A stretch of DNA of 64,000 nucleotides from assembly GCA_963740355.1 (NCBI GenBank), contig CAVUDW010000002.1, positions 2,464,001-2,528,000 of the forward strand, written 5' to 3'. Within the stretch, counting starts at the first letter, position 1. Every line of letters starts with the position of its first letter. Made by a program: the position numbers and the translations under genes. Below, piece by piece: positions 37,673 through 47,154 of this stretch. The notes below the pieces were generated by a model that saw nothing but the letters and a program-made list of their open reading frames with translations, searched no databases and was not told where the DNA came from. The stretch is from an uncultured Gemmatimonadaceae bacterium. Its GTDB lineage: Bacteria > Gemmatimonadota > Gemmatimonadetes > Gemmatimonadales > Gemmatimonadaceae.

Positions 37673-39295
37673 TCACGCCATTTCCATCGGTTGCGGCGGG
37701 AGCACGAAGGCTCCGAGATGAGGGCCCGGATTGCGGCGCGCGGCGCGAAGCGCGAGCGCCAGCAAGGGGCGAGTGTCTTCGGGGTACACGATCGCATCCG
37801 CAAAACCACGTGCGGCAGCGTAGCGAGCGTCCAGCTGTTGTTCGTAGTCCTCGCGCATGGTGGCAATCGACTGCTGCAACTCGTCCGACGGAGCGGCACC
37901 GACTTTCTTCAACGCCTCGAGCGTCGGTCCGTGCACGGCCGCGATCGCGCTTTCGCCTTCCATGACGGCCATGCGACCGGTGGGCCAGCTGAGGATCAGG
38001 TCGGGATCGAAACCCTGCGCTGCCATGGCGTAGTAGCCGGCGCCGGACGCGTGGTTCACCGTCAGCACGATCTTCGGCACGCGCGCTGTCGCCATCGCCT
38101 CGACCCAGCGTGCACCAGCGCGAATGATGCCGTCGTGTTCTGCCTCCGGCCCAACCATGAAGCCAGAGACATCCTGCACGAAGAGCAACGGAATACCCTG
38201 CCGGTCGCAGCGATCGATGAAGAAAGCGACCTTCTCTGCGCTCTCGGCGTAAATGATGCCACCGAAACGCGGCTTCTCACCCGGGCGACCCTTGATCAGT
38301 CCGCGCTGGTTCGTGATCACACCAACCGCGATGCCTTCGATGCGAGCGTCGGCGCAGATCACTTCCTTCGCGAGGTCGCCCTGGAATTCCATCAGGGAGC
38401 CGGCGTCGACGACCGCCTCCAGCACATGGTGCATGTCGTAGGACATGCGATGGTCAGCCGGCAGCACATCGTAGAGCGACTCCGGCGCACGCGCTGGCGC
38501 CGTCGGGGCGACATCGGCGTTGCGAGCGTCGTGTTGCGCACCAGGCAGCCGCTGGATCATCTCGCGCAACATGCGCAAGCAATGCGGATCATCGTCGGCG
38601 GTGTAGTGTGCCACACCGCTGATCGCCGTGTGTGTGCTGGCACCACCGAGTGTTTCACCATCGATGGTCTGGCCGGTGGCGCCCTTCACCAGGTTCGGTC
38701 CGCCGAGTCCCATGAAGGAGGTGCCCTTCACCATCACGATCACGTCGCTGAGCGCCGGCAAATAGGCGCCGCCCGCGATGCACGGACCCATGACGGCCGA
38801 CAACTGCGGAATGCGCAGGTATCGCCGCATGATCGAGTTGTAGTAGAAGATGCGCGCCGCGCCGTACTGGCCCGGGAACACACCGCCCTGGTACGGCAGG
38901 TTAACGCCGGCGCTGTCGACCAGATACACGATCGGCAATCGACACCGCATCGCCAGTTCCTGCGCGCGGAGGATCTTCTTGATCGTTTCAGGCCACCAGG
39001 AACCCGCCTTCACGGTGGCGTCGTTGGCGACGATCACGACTTCACGGCCCTGCACGACGCCGAGCGCCGTGATCACGCCGGCCGCGGGGGCCTGGCCGTC
39101 ATACTGGTCGTACGCGACGAGCAGTCCGAGTTCGAGAAACGGGGCACCGACATCACACAGCGCGGTGACGCGCTCTCGTGCCGTCAGCTTGCCGCGGGCA
39201 TGCTCCTTTGCCGATCGCTCGGGACCGCCACCTTCACGAACTTTCGCCTCGACTTCCCGAACGGCGTCGCTGAGCTGCCGCAGGCGCGTACTCAC
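37673..39295 (-). CDS. acyl-CoA carboxylase beta subunit / carboxyltransferase (MCC/GCC-like)
   Basis: [37 protein letters not shown] and GAGYYAM. Confidence 0.93.
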   Translation of the reverse strand: MSTRLRQLSDAVREVEAKVREGGGPERSAKEHARGKLTARERVTALCDVGAPFLELGLLVAYDQYDGQAPAAGVITALGVVQGREVVIVANDATVKAGSWWPETIKKILRAQELAMRCRLPIVYLVDSAGVNLPYQGGVFPGQYGAARIFYYNSIMRRYLRIPQLSAVMGPCIAGGAYLPALSDVIVMVKGTSFMGLGGPNLVKGATGQTIDGETLGGASTHTAISGVAHYTADDDPHCLRMLREMIQRLPGAQHDARNADVAPTAPARAPESLYDVLPADHRMSYDMHHVLEAVVDAGSLMEFQGDLAKEVICADARIEGIAVGVITNQRGLIKGRPGEKPRFGGIIYAESAEKVAFFIDRCDRQGIPLLFVQDVSGFMVGPEAEHDGIIRAGARWVEAMATARVPKIVLTVNHASGAGYYAMAAQGFDPDLILSWPTGRMAVMEGESAIAAVHGPTLEALKKVGAAPSDELQQSIATMREDYEQQLDARYAAARGFADAIVYPEDTRPLLALALRAARRNPGPHLGAFVLPPQPMEMA

Positions 39296-39705
39296 GTCGG
39301 CAGCGACTCCTTCTCCGCAAACCAGGTGCGGATGAATTCGACCAGGTCAGCGGTACTCGTTCCGGGGCCGAAGAGCTGGCCGACGCCCTGTGCCTTGAGC
39401 GATTCCATGTCTTCCTTCGGGATGATGCCGCCACCCGTGAGGAGGATATCGTCGCGCCCCTGCTCCTTGAGCAACGTGAGCACGCGTGGAAAAAGCGTCA
39501 TGTGGGCGCCGCTGAGGATCGACAGCCCAACGACATCCACGTCCTCCTGGACGGCCGCCGTAGCGATCATCTCGGGGGTCTGGTGGAGTCCTGTATAAAT
39601 CACTTCCATGCCGGCGTCGCGCAGGGCGGCCGCCACAACCTTGGCACCACGGTCGTGGCCATCGAGCCCCGGCTTCGCCACCAGCACGCGAATCGGTCGG
39701 GTCAT
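39292..39705 (-). CDS. acyl-CoA mutase cobalamin-binding small subunit
   Basis: [10 protein letters not shown] (DxHxxG), SILSGAH and GGIIP. Confidence 0.95.
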   Translation of the reverse strand: MTRPIRVLVAKPGLDGHDRGAKVVAAALRDAGMEVIYTGLHQTPEMIATAAVQEDVDVVGLSILSGAHMTLFPRVLTLLKEQGRDDILLTGGGIIPKEDMESLKAQGVGQLFGPGTSTADLVEFIRTWFAEKESLPT

Positions 39706-39744
39706 AACACTGAGGTCGTAGGGACGAATGACAGCATGGGAAAG

Positions 39745-40530
39745 CTAGCGGCGGGTTCGCTTGCGAGGGAGCAATGGCTTCCGGGCCACCAGCAACATCT
39801 CGGCCGAGGTGCGGCGGAGGGGCCGATCCTCCAGCCCGTCATACACCGCCTCGACCTCGAGGCCGGCGTCGGTACAGAGCTCAGCGAGGCGCGTGGCCGT
39901 GTAGAGCCGGATCCGGTGCATGCGCTGACCGGCCCCGGACGGGCCCCGCCACGTGGTCTGGATAGTGATCTCACCGCTGATCGGGTCGAACGCGCGGTCA
40001 TGGCTGACGGCGGTGCCGTCCTGCGTCTTCCAGCTGTCGCGACCGACCCAGCGCGACACGACGCCGTCGCGGCTGCCGCCGTACCAGACCAAACGGCCGC
40101 CGGGCGCCAGCACCCTCGCGAACTCCTCGATCACAGTCGCGTCGTCGCGGGCGTCGTCGAAGAATCCAAAGGACGTGAACAGGTTGAGCACTGCATCGAA
40201 CTTGCCCGACCAGGGTGCGGGCAGCGAGCGCATGTCGCCGCGTCGGTACCGAAGTCGCTTGCCCGTGCCACGCTCCTTGGCGATGCGAAGCAACGGCATG
40301 GAGTAGTCGACGCCCGTGACGTCGTAGCCGGCCTCGGCCAGCAGGTGGGCGTGCCGTCCCTGCCCGCATGGACAATCGAGAATTGCCGCACCGTCGGGCA
40401 ACTCGAGGATTTCCATCAGACGCGTGACTTCGGCACGATTGATGGTTTCCTCGAACAGTGGCTCGAATTCGAGGAGATAACTCTCGTCGAAGTAGGTCTG
40501 CCACCATGCGGATTCTTGTCCAGGCGTCAT
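39745..40530 (-). CDS. class I SAM-dependent methyltransferase
   Basis: ILDCPCGQGRH, GVDYS, GDMR, FTSFGFF and LAPGGRL; start refined to MTPGQES. Confidence 0.9.
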   Translation of the reverse strand: MTPGQESAWWQTYFDESYLLEFEPLFEETINRAEVTRLMEILELPDGAAILDCPCGQGRHAHLLAEAGYDVTGVDYSMPLLRIAKERGTGKRLRYRRGDMRSLPAPWSGKFDAVLNLFTSFGFFDDARDDATVIEEFARVLAPGGRLVWYGGSRDGVVSRWVGRDSWKTQDGTAVSHDRAFDPISGEITIQTTWRGPSGAGQRMHRIRLYTATRLAELCTDAGLEVEAVYDGLEDRPLRRTSAEMLLVARKPLLPRKRTRR

Positions 40531-40572
40531 CGGATGCGACGGAAAGCTCTTGCCGAGGAGAACTGCGCGGGG

Positions 40573-40619
40573 AAAACACACCGACCGCCCGCGCCATCCA
40601 CGATGGCACGAGCGGTCGG
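40573..40619 (-). terminator. probable intrinsic terminator after the mutase large subunit
   Basis: CCGACCGC..GCCATC-GTG-GATGGC..GCGGTCGG followed by TGTGTTTT. Confidence 0.65.
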
Positions 40620-40672
40620 ATCATCAAGCGACCGACAACTGATCCGCGACGGACGCGGAACGCGGTGGTCGA

Positions 40673-42364
40673 TCAGAAGAAGACCGGCTCCCGATAGGCT
40701 CCGAACACATCCTCGAGCGCCGCACGAATCTCGAACAGGGTGGCATAACTGCGGGCGCAATCGAGGATCAACGGCACCAGGTTTGCCGATCCCCGCGCTC
40801 CACTACGCAACGCGTCGAGATTCCGCTGGACGGCGGCGTTGTCGCGCGTCGCACGCATGGTCGCCATGCGCTCACGCTGTTCGCGTTCCGCATCCATGCC
40901 AACCTTCAGCAGCGGGATGGTGATCTCCTCGTTGTCGTTCGTGAACTCGTTGACGCCGACCACCAGGCGCCGCCGCTGCTCGATTTCCCACTGATGCCGT
41001 GATGCGGCCTCGGCAATCTTGCGCTGGAACCACCCTTCCTCGAGTCCCTTCACGACACCGCCCTGCTCCTCGATCTGTGCGAAGAGTGCTTCGGCCTCGC
41101 GCTCGAGCGAATCGGTGAGTGATTCGACGTAGTAGGACCCGCCCAGTGGATCCATGACGTTCGGGATGCCCGTTTCGTAGGCGAGAATCTGCTGCGTGCG
41201 AAGTGCCACCTGCACCGCTTCCTCGGTCGGCAGCGCGAGGGTCTCGTCCATCGAATTAGTGTGCAACGACTGCGTGCCGCCGAGCACGGCGGCGAGCGCC
41301 TGATAGGCCACGCGCGCGACGTTGTTCATCGGCTGCTGTGCCGTGAGCGTCACACCAGCCGTCTGCGAATGGAACCGCAGCATCCACGACTTCGGATCGC
41401 GCGCACCGAATTTTTCGCGCAGGACACGGGCCCAGATGCGACGTGCGGCGCGCAGCTTCGCGATTTCCTCGAAGAAATCGTTGTGGATGTCGAAGAAGAA
41501 CGAGAGCCGCGGTGCGAACGAGTCCACGTCCAGCCCGCGCGCGATCCCGCGCTCGACGTAGGTGAAGCCGTCTGCGAGCGTGAACGCCAATTCCTGCGCA
41601 GCGGTCGCACCCGCCTCACGGATGTGGTACCCCGAGATGGAAATCGTGTTGAAGAGCGGCGCGTTCTGCGCGCTCCACTCGAATCCGTCGACGATCAGGC
41701 GCAGCGCGGGCTCGATCGGGAAGCACCAGGCATGCTGCGCCATGTACTCCTTCAGGATGTCGTTCTGGACCGTGCCACGAATCTTCGAGGCCGGCACACC
41801 CTGCTTCTCGGCGGCGGCGATGTAAAAGCAATAGAGGATCAGCGCCGGGCCGTTGATCGTCATCGACGTCGACACCTGGTCGAGCGGGATGCCGTCGAAG
41901 AGCGTCTCCATGTCGGCGAGGGATGAGATCGAGACGCCGGTCTTGCCGACTTCGCCTTCCGAGCGTGGATGATCGGCGTCGTAGCCCATCAAGGTCGGGA
42001 AATCGAACGCCACCGAGAGCCCGGTCTGTCCCTGCGAGAGCAGGAACTTGAACCGCTCGTTCGTGTCGCGGGCCGAGCCGAAGCCTGCGAACTGGCGCAT
42101 CGTCCAGAGCTTGCCGCGATAACCGGTGGGGTGAATTCCGCGCGTGAAGGGCCATGCTCCTGGCACTTCGAGTGCGATTTCCGGATCGGGCCCGTCGAGC
42201 GGTGTGTAGAGGGGCTCGACCGGGTTGGCAGAATTCACGTAGGCGATGTCGCGCTTCTCGCCCTTCTCGTAGCGTGCACGCCAGCTCGCTACTTCGTTGC
42301 GGAGCCGTTCGAGCTCAGCCTGCTGCTCGCGGACGGTCTCGGAAAGATCAGAGATCGAAGTCAT
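40673..42364 (-). CDS. B12-dependent acyl-CoA mutase large subunit, isobutyryl-CoA mutase type
   Basis: [44 protein letters not shown] and GGTQSLHTN. Confidence 0.93.
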   Translation of the reverse strand: MTSISDLSETVREQQAELERLRNEVASWRARYEKGEKRDIAYVNSANPVEPLYTPLDGPDPEIALEVPGAWPFTRGIHPTGYRGKLWTMRQFAGFGSARDTNERFKFLLSQGQTGLSVAFDFPTLMGYDADHPRSEGEVGKTGVSISSLADMETLFDGIPLDQVSTSMTINGPALILYCFYIAAAEKQGVPASKIRGTVQNDILKEYMAQHAWCFPIEPALRLIVDGFEWSAQNAPLFNTISISGYHIREAGATAAQELAFTLADGFTYVERGIARGLDVDSFAPRLSFFFDIHNDFFEEIAKLRAARRIWARVLREKFGARDPKSWMLRFHSQTAGVTLTAQQPMNNVARVAYQALAAVLGGTQSLHTNSMDETLALPTEEAVQVALRTQQILAYETGIPNVMDPLGGSYYVESLTDSLEREAEALFAQIEEQGGVVKGLEEGWFQRKIAEAASRHQWEIEQRRRLVVGVNEFTNDNEEITIPLLKVGMDAEREQRERMATMRATRDNAAVQRNLDALRSGARGSANLVPLILDCARSYATLFEIRAALEDVFGAYREPVFF

Positions 42365-43494
42365 GTCGGGAGCCCCGCCATCAGGGTTGCACTACGCGCC
42401 AGGAGCGCATCAGCGATTGCAAACGGAGTGGTGTCACCACGCTCGAGAGCGGGAAGCGCGTCATCGATGAACGACTGCGTGCCGGCGTCGCTCCACAACC
42501 GACGTCGCAGACGGTCCTCGGCAACCTCCACGACCCGTTCGCGCATCCGGCTCCGGCGCCGCTCCGCCAGTCCGCCTGAATCCTGAAGGTAGTCGAAGTG
42601 CCGGGTGATGGCCGCGAGGAGCTCGGGGATACCGCGGCCATCGGCCGCCACGGTATTCACCACGGCGGGGACCCAGCCGCCTGCGGCATGTGGGTCGGCC
42701 GAGGCTTCCCGCGCCGCTTTCGCCGGGGACAGCGCCTTCTGTGCGGCGGCCTTTTCGGCGGTGCCCAGCTTCCGCAGGTCTACTCCGTGATGGGCTGGTA
42801 CACCACGCATCGTGTCGCCCATCCGCATGCCCAACATCAATTCGATGTCGCCGCGCAGCCGGTCGGCACCCGGGCGATCACTCTTGTTGACGACGAACAG
42901 GTCCGCGATCTCCATCACGCCGGCTTTCAGCGTCTGGATGCTGTCGCCGCTCTCCGGGACGAGCACCACCACGCTGGTATCGGCCGTGCGCGCGACGTCC
43001 AGTTCACTCTGCCCCACACCGACCGTCTCGATGAGAATGCGGTCGAACCCGAATCCGTCCAGCACGTCGCACGTTTCGCGCGTGGCCGCAGCCAGCCCCC
43101 CGAGCGATCCACGGGTGGCCATCGACCGGATGTAAACGCCGGGATCGAGTGCGACCCGCTCCATGCGGATGCGATCACCGAGCAGCGCGCCGCCCGTGAA
43201 TGGCGAGGTCGGATCGACGGCGACGACGGCGACCGTCAGGCCATCGGCACGCATCGCCTCGACGAGGGCGGTGGTGATCGTACTCTTGCCTGCGCCCGGC
43301 GGCCCCGTGATGCCAATGCGTCGCGCGCGGCCAAGGCGAGGGTGGAGCACGGCGAGCAAGGCGTCGAAACCACTGCGATGGTTCTCGACGATCGAGATCG
43401 CTCGCGCCAGCGCGGCCCGTTGTCCGGCGTCGAATGCCGTCAGCAGTGATGCGATGGCCGGTGGCACGTTCACGGAATCAGCGATTCCAGTCAT
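42361..43494 (-). CDS. meaB: MeaB/ArgK-type GTPase chaperone of B12 mutases
   Basis: [37 protein letters not shown] and NKSD. Confidence 0.95.
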   Translation of the reverse strand: MTGIADSVNVPPAIASLLTAFDAGQRAALARAISIVENHRSGFDALLAVLHPRLGRARRIGITGPPGAGKSTITTALVEAMRADGLTVAVVAVDPTSPFTGGALLGDRIRMERVALDPGVYIRSMATRGSLGGLAAATRETCDVLDGFGFDRILIETVGVGQSELDVARTADTSVVVLVPESGDSIQTLKAGVMEIADLFVVNKSDRPGADRLRGDIELMLGMRMGDTMRGVPAHHGVDLRKLGTAEKAAAQKALSPAKAAREASADPHAAGGWVPAVVNTVAADGRGIPELLAAITRHFDYLQDSGGLAERRRSRMRERVVEVAEDRLRRRLWSDAGTQSFIDDALPALERGDTTPFAIADALLARSATLMAGLPT

Positions 43495-44465
43495 GTCGTG
43501 ACGGGATCTGGTTGGTGTTCATCATGTTCGTCGTCGATGTCACCCACGACTTCTTCGAGCAGGTCCTCCAGCGTCACCAACCCCAGCACCGGACCGTCGC
43601 CCTCGCGCACGAGCGCCAGGTGCTGGCGGTTCTGCAGCATGGCGAAGAGCTGGTCGCTGCACTTGCGATCGATCGACGCGATGCCGACCGGGCGCACCGG
43701 CAGCGCCGCCTCGCCCTCGCTGGTGAGGACGTCGCGCACGTGGACCATCCCGACGACGTTGTCGAGCGTGTCCTTGTACACCGGCACCCGGCTGTAACCG
43801 GACTGTGCGATCTGGCGTGCCTGGTCGGCATGCGAGAGGGTCACATCGAGTGCGAAGACCTGGTCGCGCGGCGTCAGGACGTCGCGCAATGTTTTATCAC
43901 CGAATGCGACCAATCCGGTGATGATCTCACGCTCTCCCGGCAAGCTGACACCCTCGCGTTCGCCTTCGCGGAGCAGCACCTCGAGCGCCTCGCGTTCGGC
44001 GTTCGCTGGCGTCGCCGTGCTTTCCGGGCGCAACACCCGCTCGAGTGCGCGCGCCGGGAGCAGGAACACCGCCAACACCACTTCGACGACCTGCAGCACC
44101 GGCAGCAGGAAGGGGGCCAACGGCACGGCCCAGCGCTGGCCGACGGCGCGGGGCACGGCAACGCCGAGGATCAGGATGCCCAGCGCGGTCAGCAGCAACC
44201 AGACGGCAAGAGTTCTCGGCTCGTCGCGCAGTGCAAGCGACAGCATCGCCCCGCCTGACAGGACGATGGCCGCTGCGCCCGCACCAGCGGCGTGCTGCAG
44301 CCGCTGTGGCTGCTCCAGGTAGGCCTCCGCCAGGCCGGCACCCCGCAATCGCTGCTCGACCCAGTGTCGCAGCCAGATACGACTGACCGCGCGCACCGCT
44401 TGCGACGCCAGCGTCATGGCTGCGACACCGGCAATGATGAGGAGGGCAAGTGAAAAGGAGCCCAT
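43491..44465 (-). CDS. CNNM/hemolysin-family membrane protein with CBS pair (no C-terminal CorC domain)
   Basis: TM N-terminus, SGYSRVPVY and GLVTLEDLLEEVVGDIDDEHD. Confidence 0.88.
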   Translation of the reverse strand: MGSFSLALLIIAGVAAMTLASQAVRAVSRIWLRHWVEQRLRGAGLAEAYLEQPQRLQHAAGAGAAAIVLSGGAMLSLALRDEPRTLAVWLLLTALGILILGVAVPRAVGQRWAVPLAPFLLPVLQVVEVVLAVFLLPARALERVLRPESTATPANAEREALEVLLREGEREGVSLPGEREIITGLVAFGDKTLRDVLTPRDQVFALDVTLSHADQARQIAQSGYSRVPVYKDTLDNVVGMVHVRDVLTSEGEAALPVRPVGIASIDRKCSDQLFAMLQNRQHLALVREGDGPVLGLVTLEDLLEEVVGDIDDEHDEHQPDPVTT

Positions 44466-45700
44466 CAGCCTTCCTCGCCGTCAGGGCTTTCGACCAGTGG
44501 CTCCAGTCGCTCGAAGTACACGCGCAGCACTTGCCGACGCCGCACCTGCTCGACGACCACGCGGAACCCGGCGATCTCCAGTTGCTCACCGGCCCGTGGT
44601 ACGCGGCCGAGTCGCTCCATGATCAAGCCGCCCACGGTGCCGACTTCGTCACTTTCGATGTCGACGCCAAGCGTCTCCGACAGCTCGTCGAGCGTGATCC
44701 GGCCCGTGACCCAGAATTCACGATTCGCCCGACTCTCGAACTGCCGCTCCGCTTCGGTGTCGTGCTCGTCCTCGATCTCGCCGACGATCTCCTCGAGAAT
44801 GTCTTCGATGGTGACGATGCCAGCGGTGCCGCCATACTCGTCCATGACGATCGCGATGTGCTTGCGCTGCGAGCGAAACTCACGCAGCAAGGCATCGATC
44901 GGCTTGGTCGGGGGGATGTAGTAACCAGGGCGCATCCGCGACAGCCAGCCCTGCGCGGGCTCCTCGTCGTCGAGAATGTCAGCGAGCAAGTCCTTCACAT
45001 ACAACACGCCGATCACGTCGTCGATCTGTTCGCGATAGACAGGCAGTCGCGAGTGCGCCGATGAGCGGAAGCGATCGATCACTTCCGACCAGGGCGTCTC
45101 GCGTTCGATTGCGATCAGCTCCACGCGCGGCGTCATGATCTCCTGCACCTGCGTTTCGCCGAGCGAGAAGGCGCCCTGCAACAGCGTCCGTTCCTTGCCC
45201 GTGACGTCAGCCTCGGCGGCCACGATGTCGAGGAACTGCTCGGTCGCCACATCGTCGGCGTCGGCATCGACCTTCGCGACCGGAAATGCGGAGGCGAGCC
45301 CATGCTCGACCCGTTCCATCAGGAGCACCAGCGGTGTCGCCATCAGCGTCACGAAAGCTGCCCAACCTGACAGCCACGCACTTGGGCCATCGGCACGTGT
45401 CGCACCGATCGTGCGCGCGAGGGTCTCGGCCGCGCCAACGACCGCCAGAAGCAGCACGAGCGCGGCGATCAATTGCGGGCCTGACTCCTGCCAGAGCGGT
45501 GGTGCCACGGCACCGGCGAAGAGGAAAAACAGCAGTCGCGAACCGCTCAGCGCCCGATGCACGCGTTCACGATCGCGCACCAGCCACGCCCGACGCACAT
45601 CGTCGGCCGGACCGGCGGTGAGGCTTGTGACAAGGCCATCCGCCGCAACGGAGGCACCGGCGGCGAAGAGAAGGAATGCGAACAGCAGCCAGAGCAGCAT
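44465..45700 (-). CDS. CNNM/HlyC-CorC family protein with CBS and CorC domains
   Basis: IMTPR, HSRLPVY, DEYGGTAGIVTIEDILEEIVGEI and TVGGLI; start refined to MLLWLLF. Confidence 0.9.
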   Translation of the reverse strand: MLLWLLFAFLLFAAGASVAADGLVTSLTAGPADDVRRAWLVRDRERVHRALSGSRLLFFLFAGAVAPPLWQESGPQLIAALVLLLAVVGAAETLARTIGATRADGPSAWLSGWAAFVTLMATPLVLLMERVEHGLASAFPVAKVDADADDVATEQFLDIVAAEADVTGKERTLLQGAFSLGETQVQEIMTPRVELIAIERETPWSEVIDRFRSSAHSRLPVYREQIDDVIGVLYVKDLLADILDDEEPAQGWLSRMRPGYYIPPTKPIDALLREFRSQRKHIAIVMDEYGGTAGIVTIEDILEEIVGEIEDEHDTEAERQFESRANREFWVTGRITLDELSETLGVDIESDEVGTVGGLIMERLGRVPRAGEQLEIAGFRVVVEQVRRRQVLRVYFERLEPLVESPDGEEG

Positions 45701-45705
45701 ACCGG

Positions 45706-46158
45706 TCAGACGAGGCCGCGACGAATGGCGGCACGGAGATACTTCTCCTGTGCACGCCACATCGGCGACTGCACGCGGGCCTCACCATCCGGATGTTCGA
45801 GGCCCAGCGTGTGCAGCGTACCGTGGATCACCAGGCGCGCGATCTCCTCGCGGACCGGCACGCCCCACGCCTTCGCGTTCAGTCGCGCGACGTCGGCGCA
45901 GATATACATGTCCCCCGTCACCGGAGCGTCATTCACGGGGCGTGTCAGCTCGAAGGTGATGATGTCCGTCGCACCGGCGTGCCCGAGCTGCTCGCGATTC
46001 ATCCGCGCCATGGCCCGCGACGAGAGGAACGTCACGCTGATGATGGCGTCATCGATTTCTTCCGCCTTCAGTGTCAGGCGGACGAGTGCATCAACTCGTG
46101 CGGCACTGAGTGGCGCACGCTGGCCGCCCGGCGCGGCAGACTCGACTTCGATCGGCAT
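45706..46158 (-). CDS. ybeY: rRNA maturation endoribonuclease YbeY
   Basis: TDIITF and HGTLHTLGLEH; adjacent to phoH. Confidence 0.92.
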   Translation of the reverse strand: MPIEVESAAPGGQRAPLSAARVDALVRLTLKAEEIDDAIISVTFLSSRAMARMNREQLGHAGATDIITFELTRPVNDAPVTGDMYICADVARLNAKAWGVPVREEIARLVIHGTLHTLGLEHPDGEARVQSPMWRAQEKYLRAAIRRGLV

Positions 46159-46200
46159 CAGCGTCGGCCTGCGTTGGCGACGCTGCGTCGCTGCGGAGGG

Positions 46201-47154
46201 TCAGTTTCCACTGTCATGCGCATAGGCCCGGATGATGTCCCGTACAAGGCGATGCCGGACGACATCGGCTTCGCTGAAGTAGTGGAACGCGATCCCTTCC
46301 ACGCCGGGAAGAATGCGCTCCACCTGCATCAATCCTGACTGCTCACGCGTCGGCAGGTCGATCTGCGTCTTGTCGCCCGTGATGACGATCTTTGAGTTCA
46401 CGCCGAGGCGGGTGAGGAACATCTTCATCTGGGCATTGGTGGCGTTCTGTGCCTCGTCGAGGATCACGAACGCATCACCGAGGGTCCGGCCACGCATGAA
46501 GGCCAACGGTGCAATCTCGATGACGCGGGTCTCGAGCGCCTTGATCACGCGCTCCGGCGGCATCATCTCGTCGAGCGCGTCGTACAATGGACGCAGGTAC
46601 GGGTCGACCTTGGCTTGCATGTCGCCCGGCAGGAACCCGAGCGACTCGCCGGCCTCGACGGCAGGGCGCGCCAGCACGATCCGCTTCACCCGCTTCCGCA
46701 TCAACGCATCGACGGCCGCCGCCACTGCAAGATACGTCTTGCCGGTACCAGCAGGGCCGATGCCGACGACGATGTCATGGTCGGCAATCTTCTGCAGGTA
46801 CTCCGCCTGCCCTGGCGTCTTCGCCTGCACCACACGCTTGATGCCTGGCAATGCAATGCGCGCGGGATCGAGGGGACCCGACTCGCCAGTGGTATCCTCG
46901 GACATGCGCAGCACATCGTCTGCCGTGAACGACGCACGCTGCCGTGCGGCCTCCACCATGCGCTGCGCCGTGTGCATGGCGCGATCGACCGCCTGCGGCT
47001 CGCCAGCAAGCGTGATCGCCTCGCCACGCATGCCAACGCGCACACCGTGAATGCGACCGAGCTCGATCAGGTTGGCGTCGTTCACACCAGCGAGCGTCAG
47101 CAGATCGGCGCCCTCGGTGGAGACCTTTTGCGTCACGAGTGTCGTTCCGGTCAC
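46201..47154 (-). CDS. phoH: PhoH family ATPase
   Basis: GPAGTGKTYLA, RPAVEAGESLGFLPGD, AFMRGRT and DEAQN. Confidence 0.95.
   Translation of the reverse strand: MTGTTLVTQKVSTEGADLLTLAGVNDANLIELGRIHGVRVGMRGEAITLAGEPQAVDRAMHTAQRMVEAARQRASFTADDVLRMSEDTTGESGPLDPARIALPGIKRVVQAKTPGQAEYLQKIADHDIVVGIGPAGTGKTYLAVAAAVDALMRKRVKRIVLARPAVEAGESLGFLPGDMQAKVDPYLRPLYDALDEMMPPERVIKALETRVIEIAPLAFMRGRTLGDAFVILDEAQNATNAQMKMFLTRLGVNSKIVITGDKTQIDLPTREQSGLMQVERILPGVEGIAFHYFSEADVVRHRLVRDIIRAYAHDSGN

Noticed and set aside
40531..40672. Cobalamin riboswitch near the B12 mutase genes
   Set aside because: No B12-box-like sequence recognised; the hairpin is better explained as a terminator.
43491..47154. phoH-ybeY-CNNM-CNNM cluster as novel
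   Set aside because: A widely conserved bacterial gene neighbourhood.
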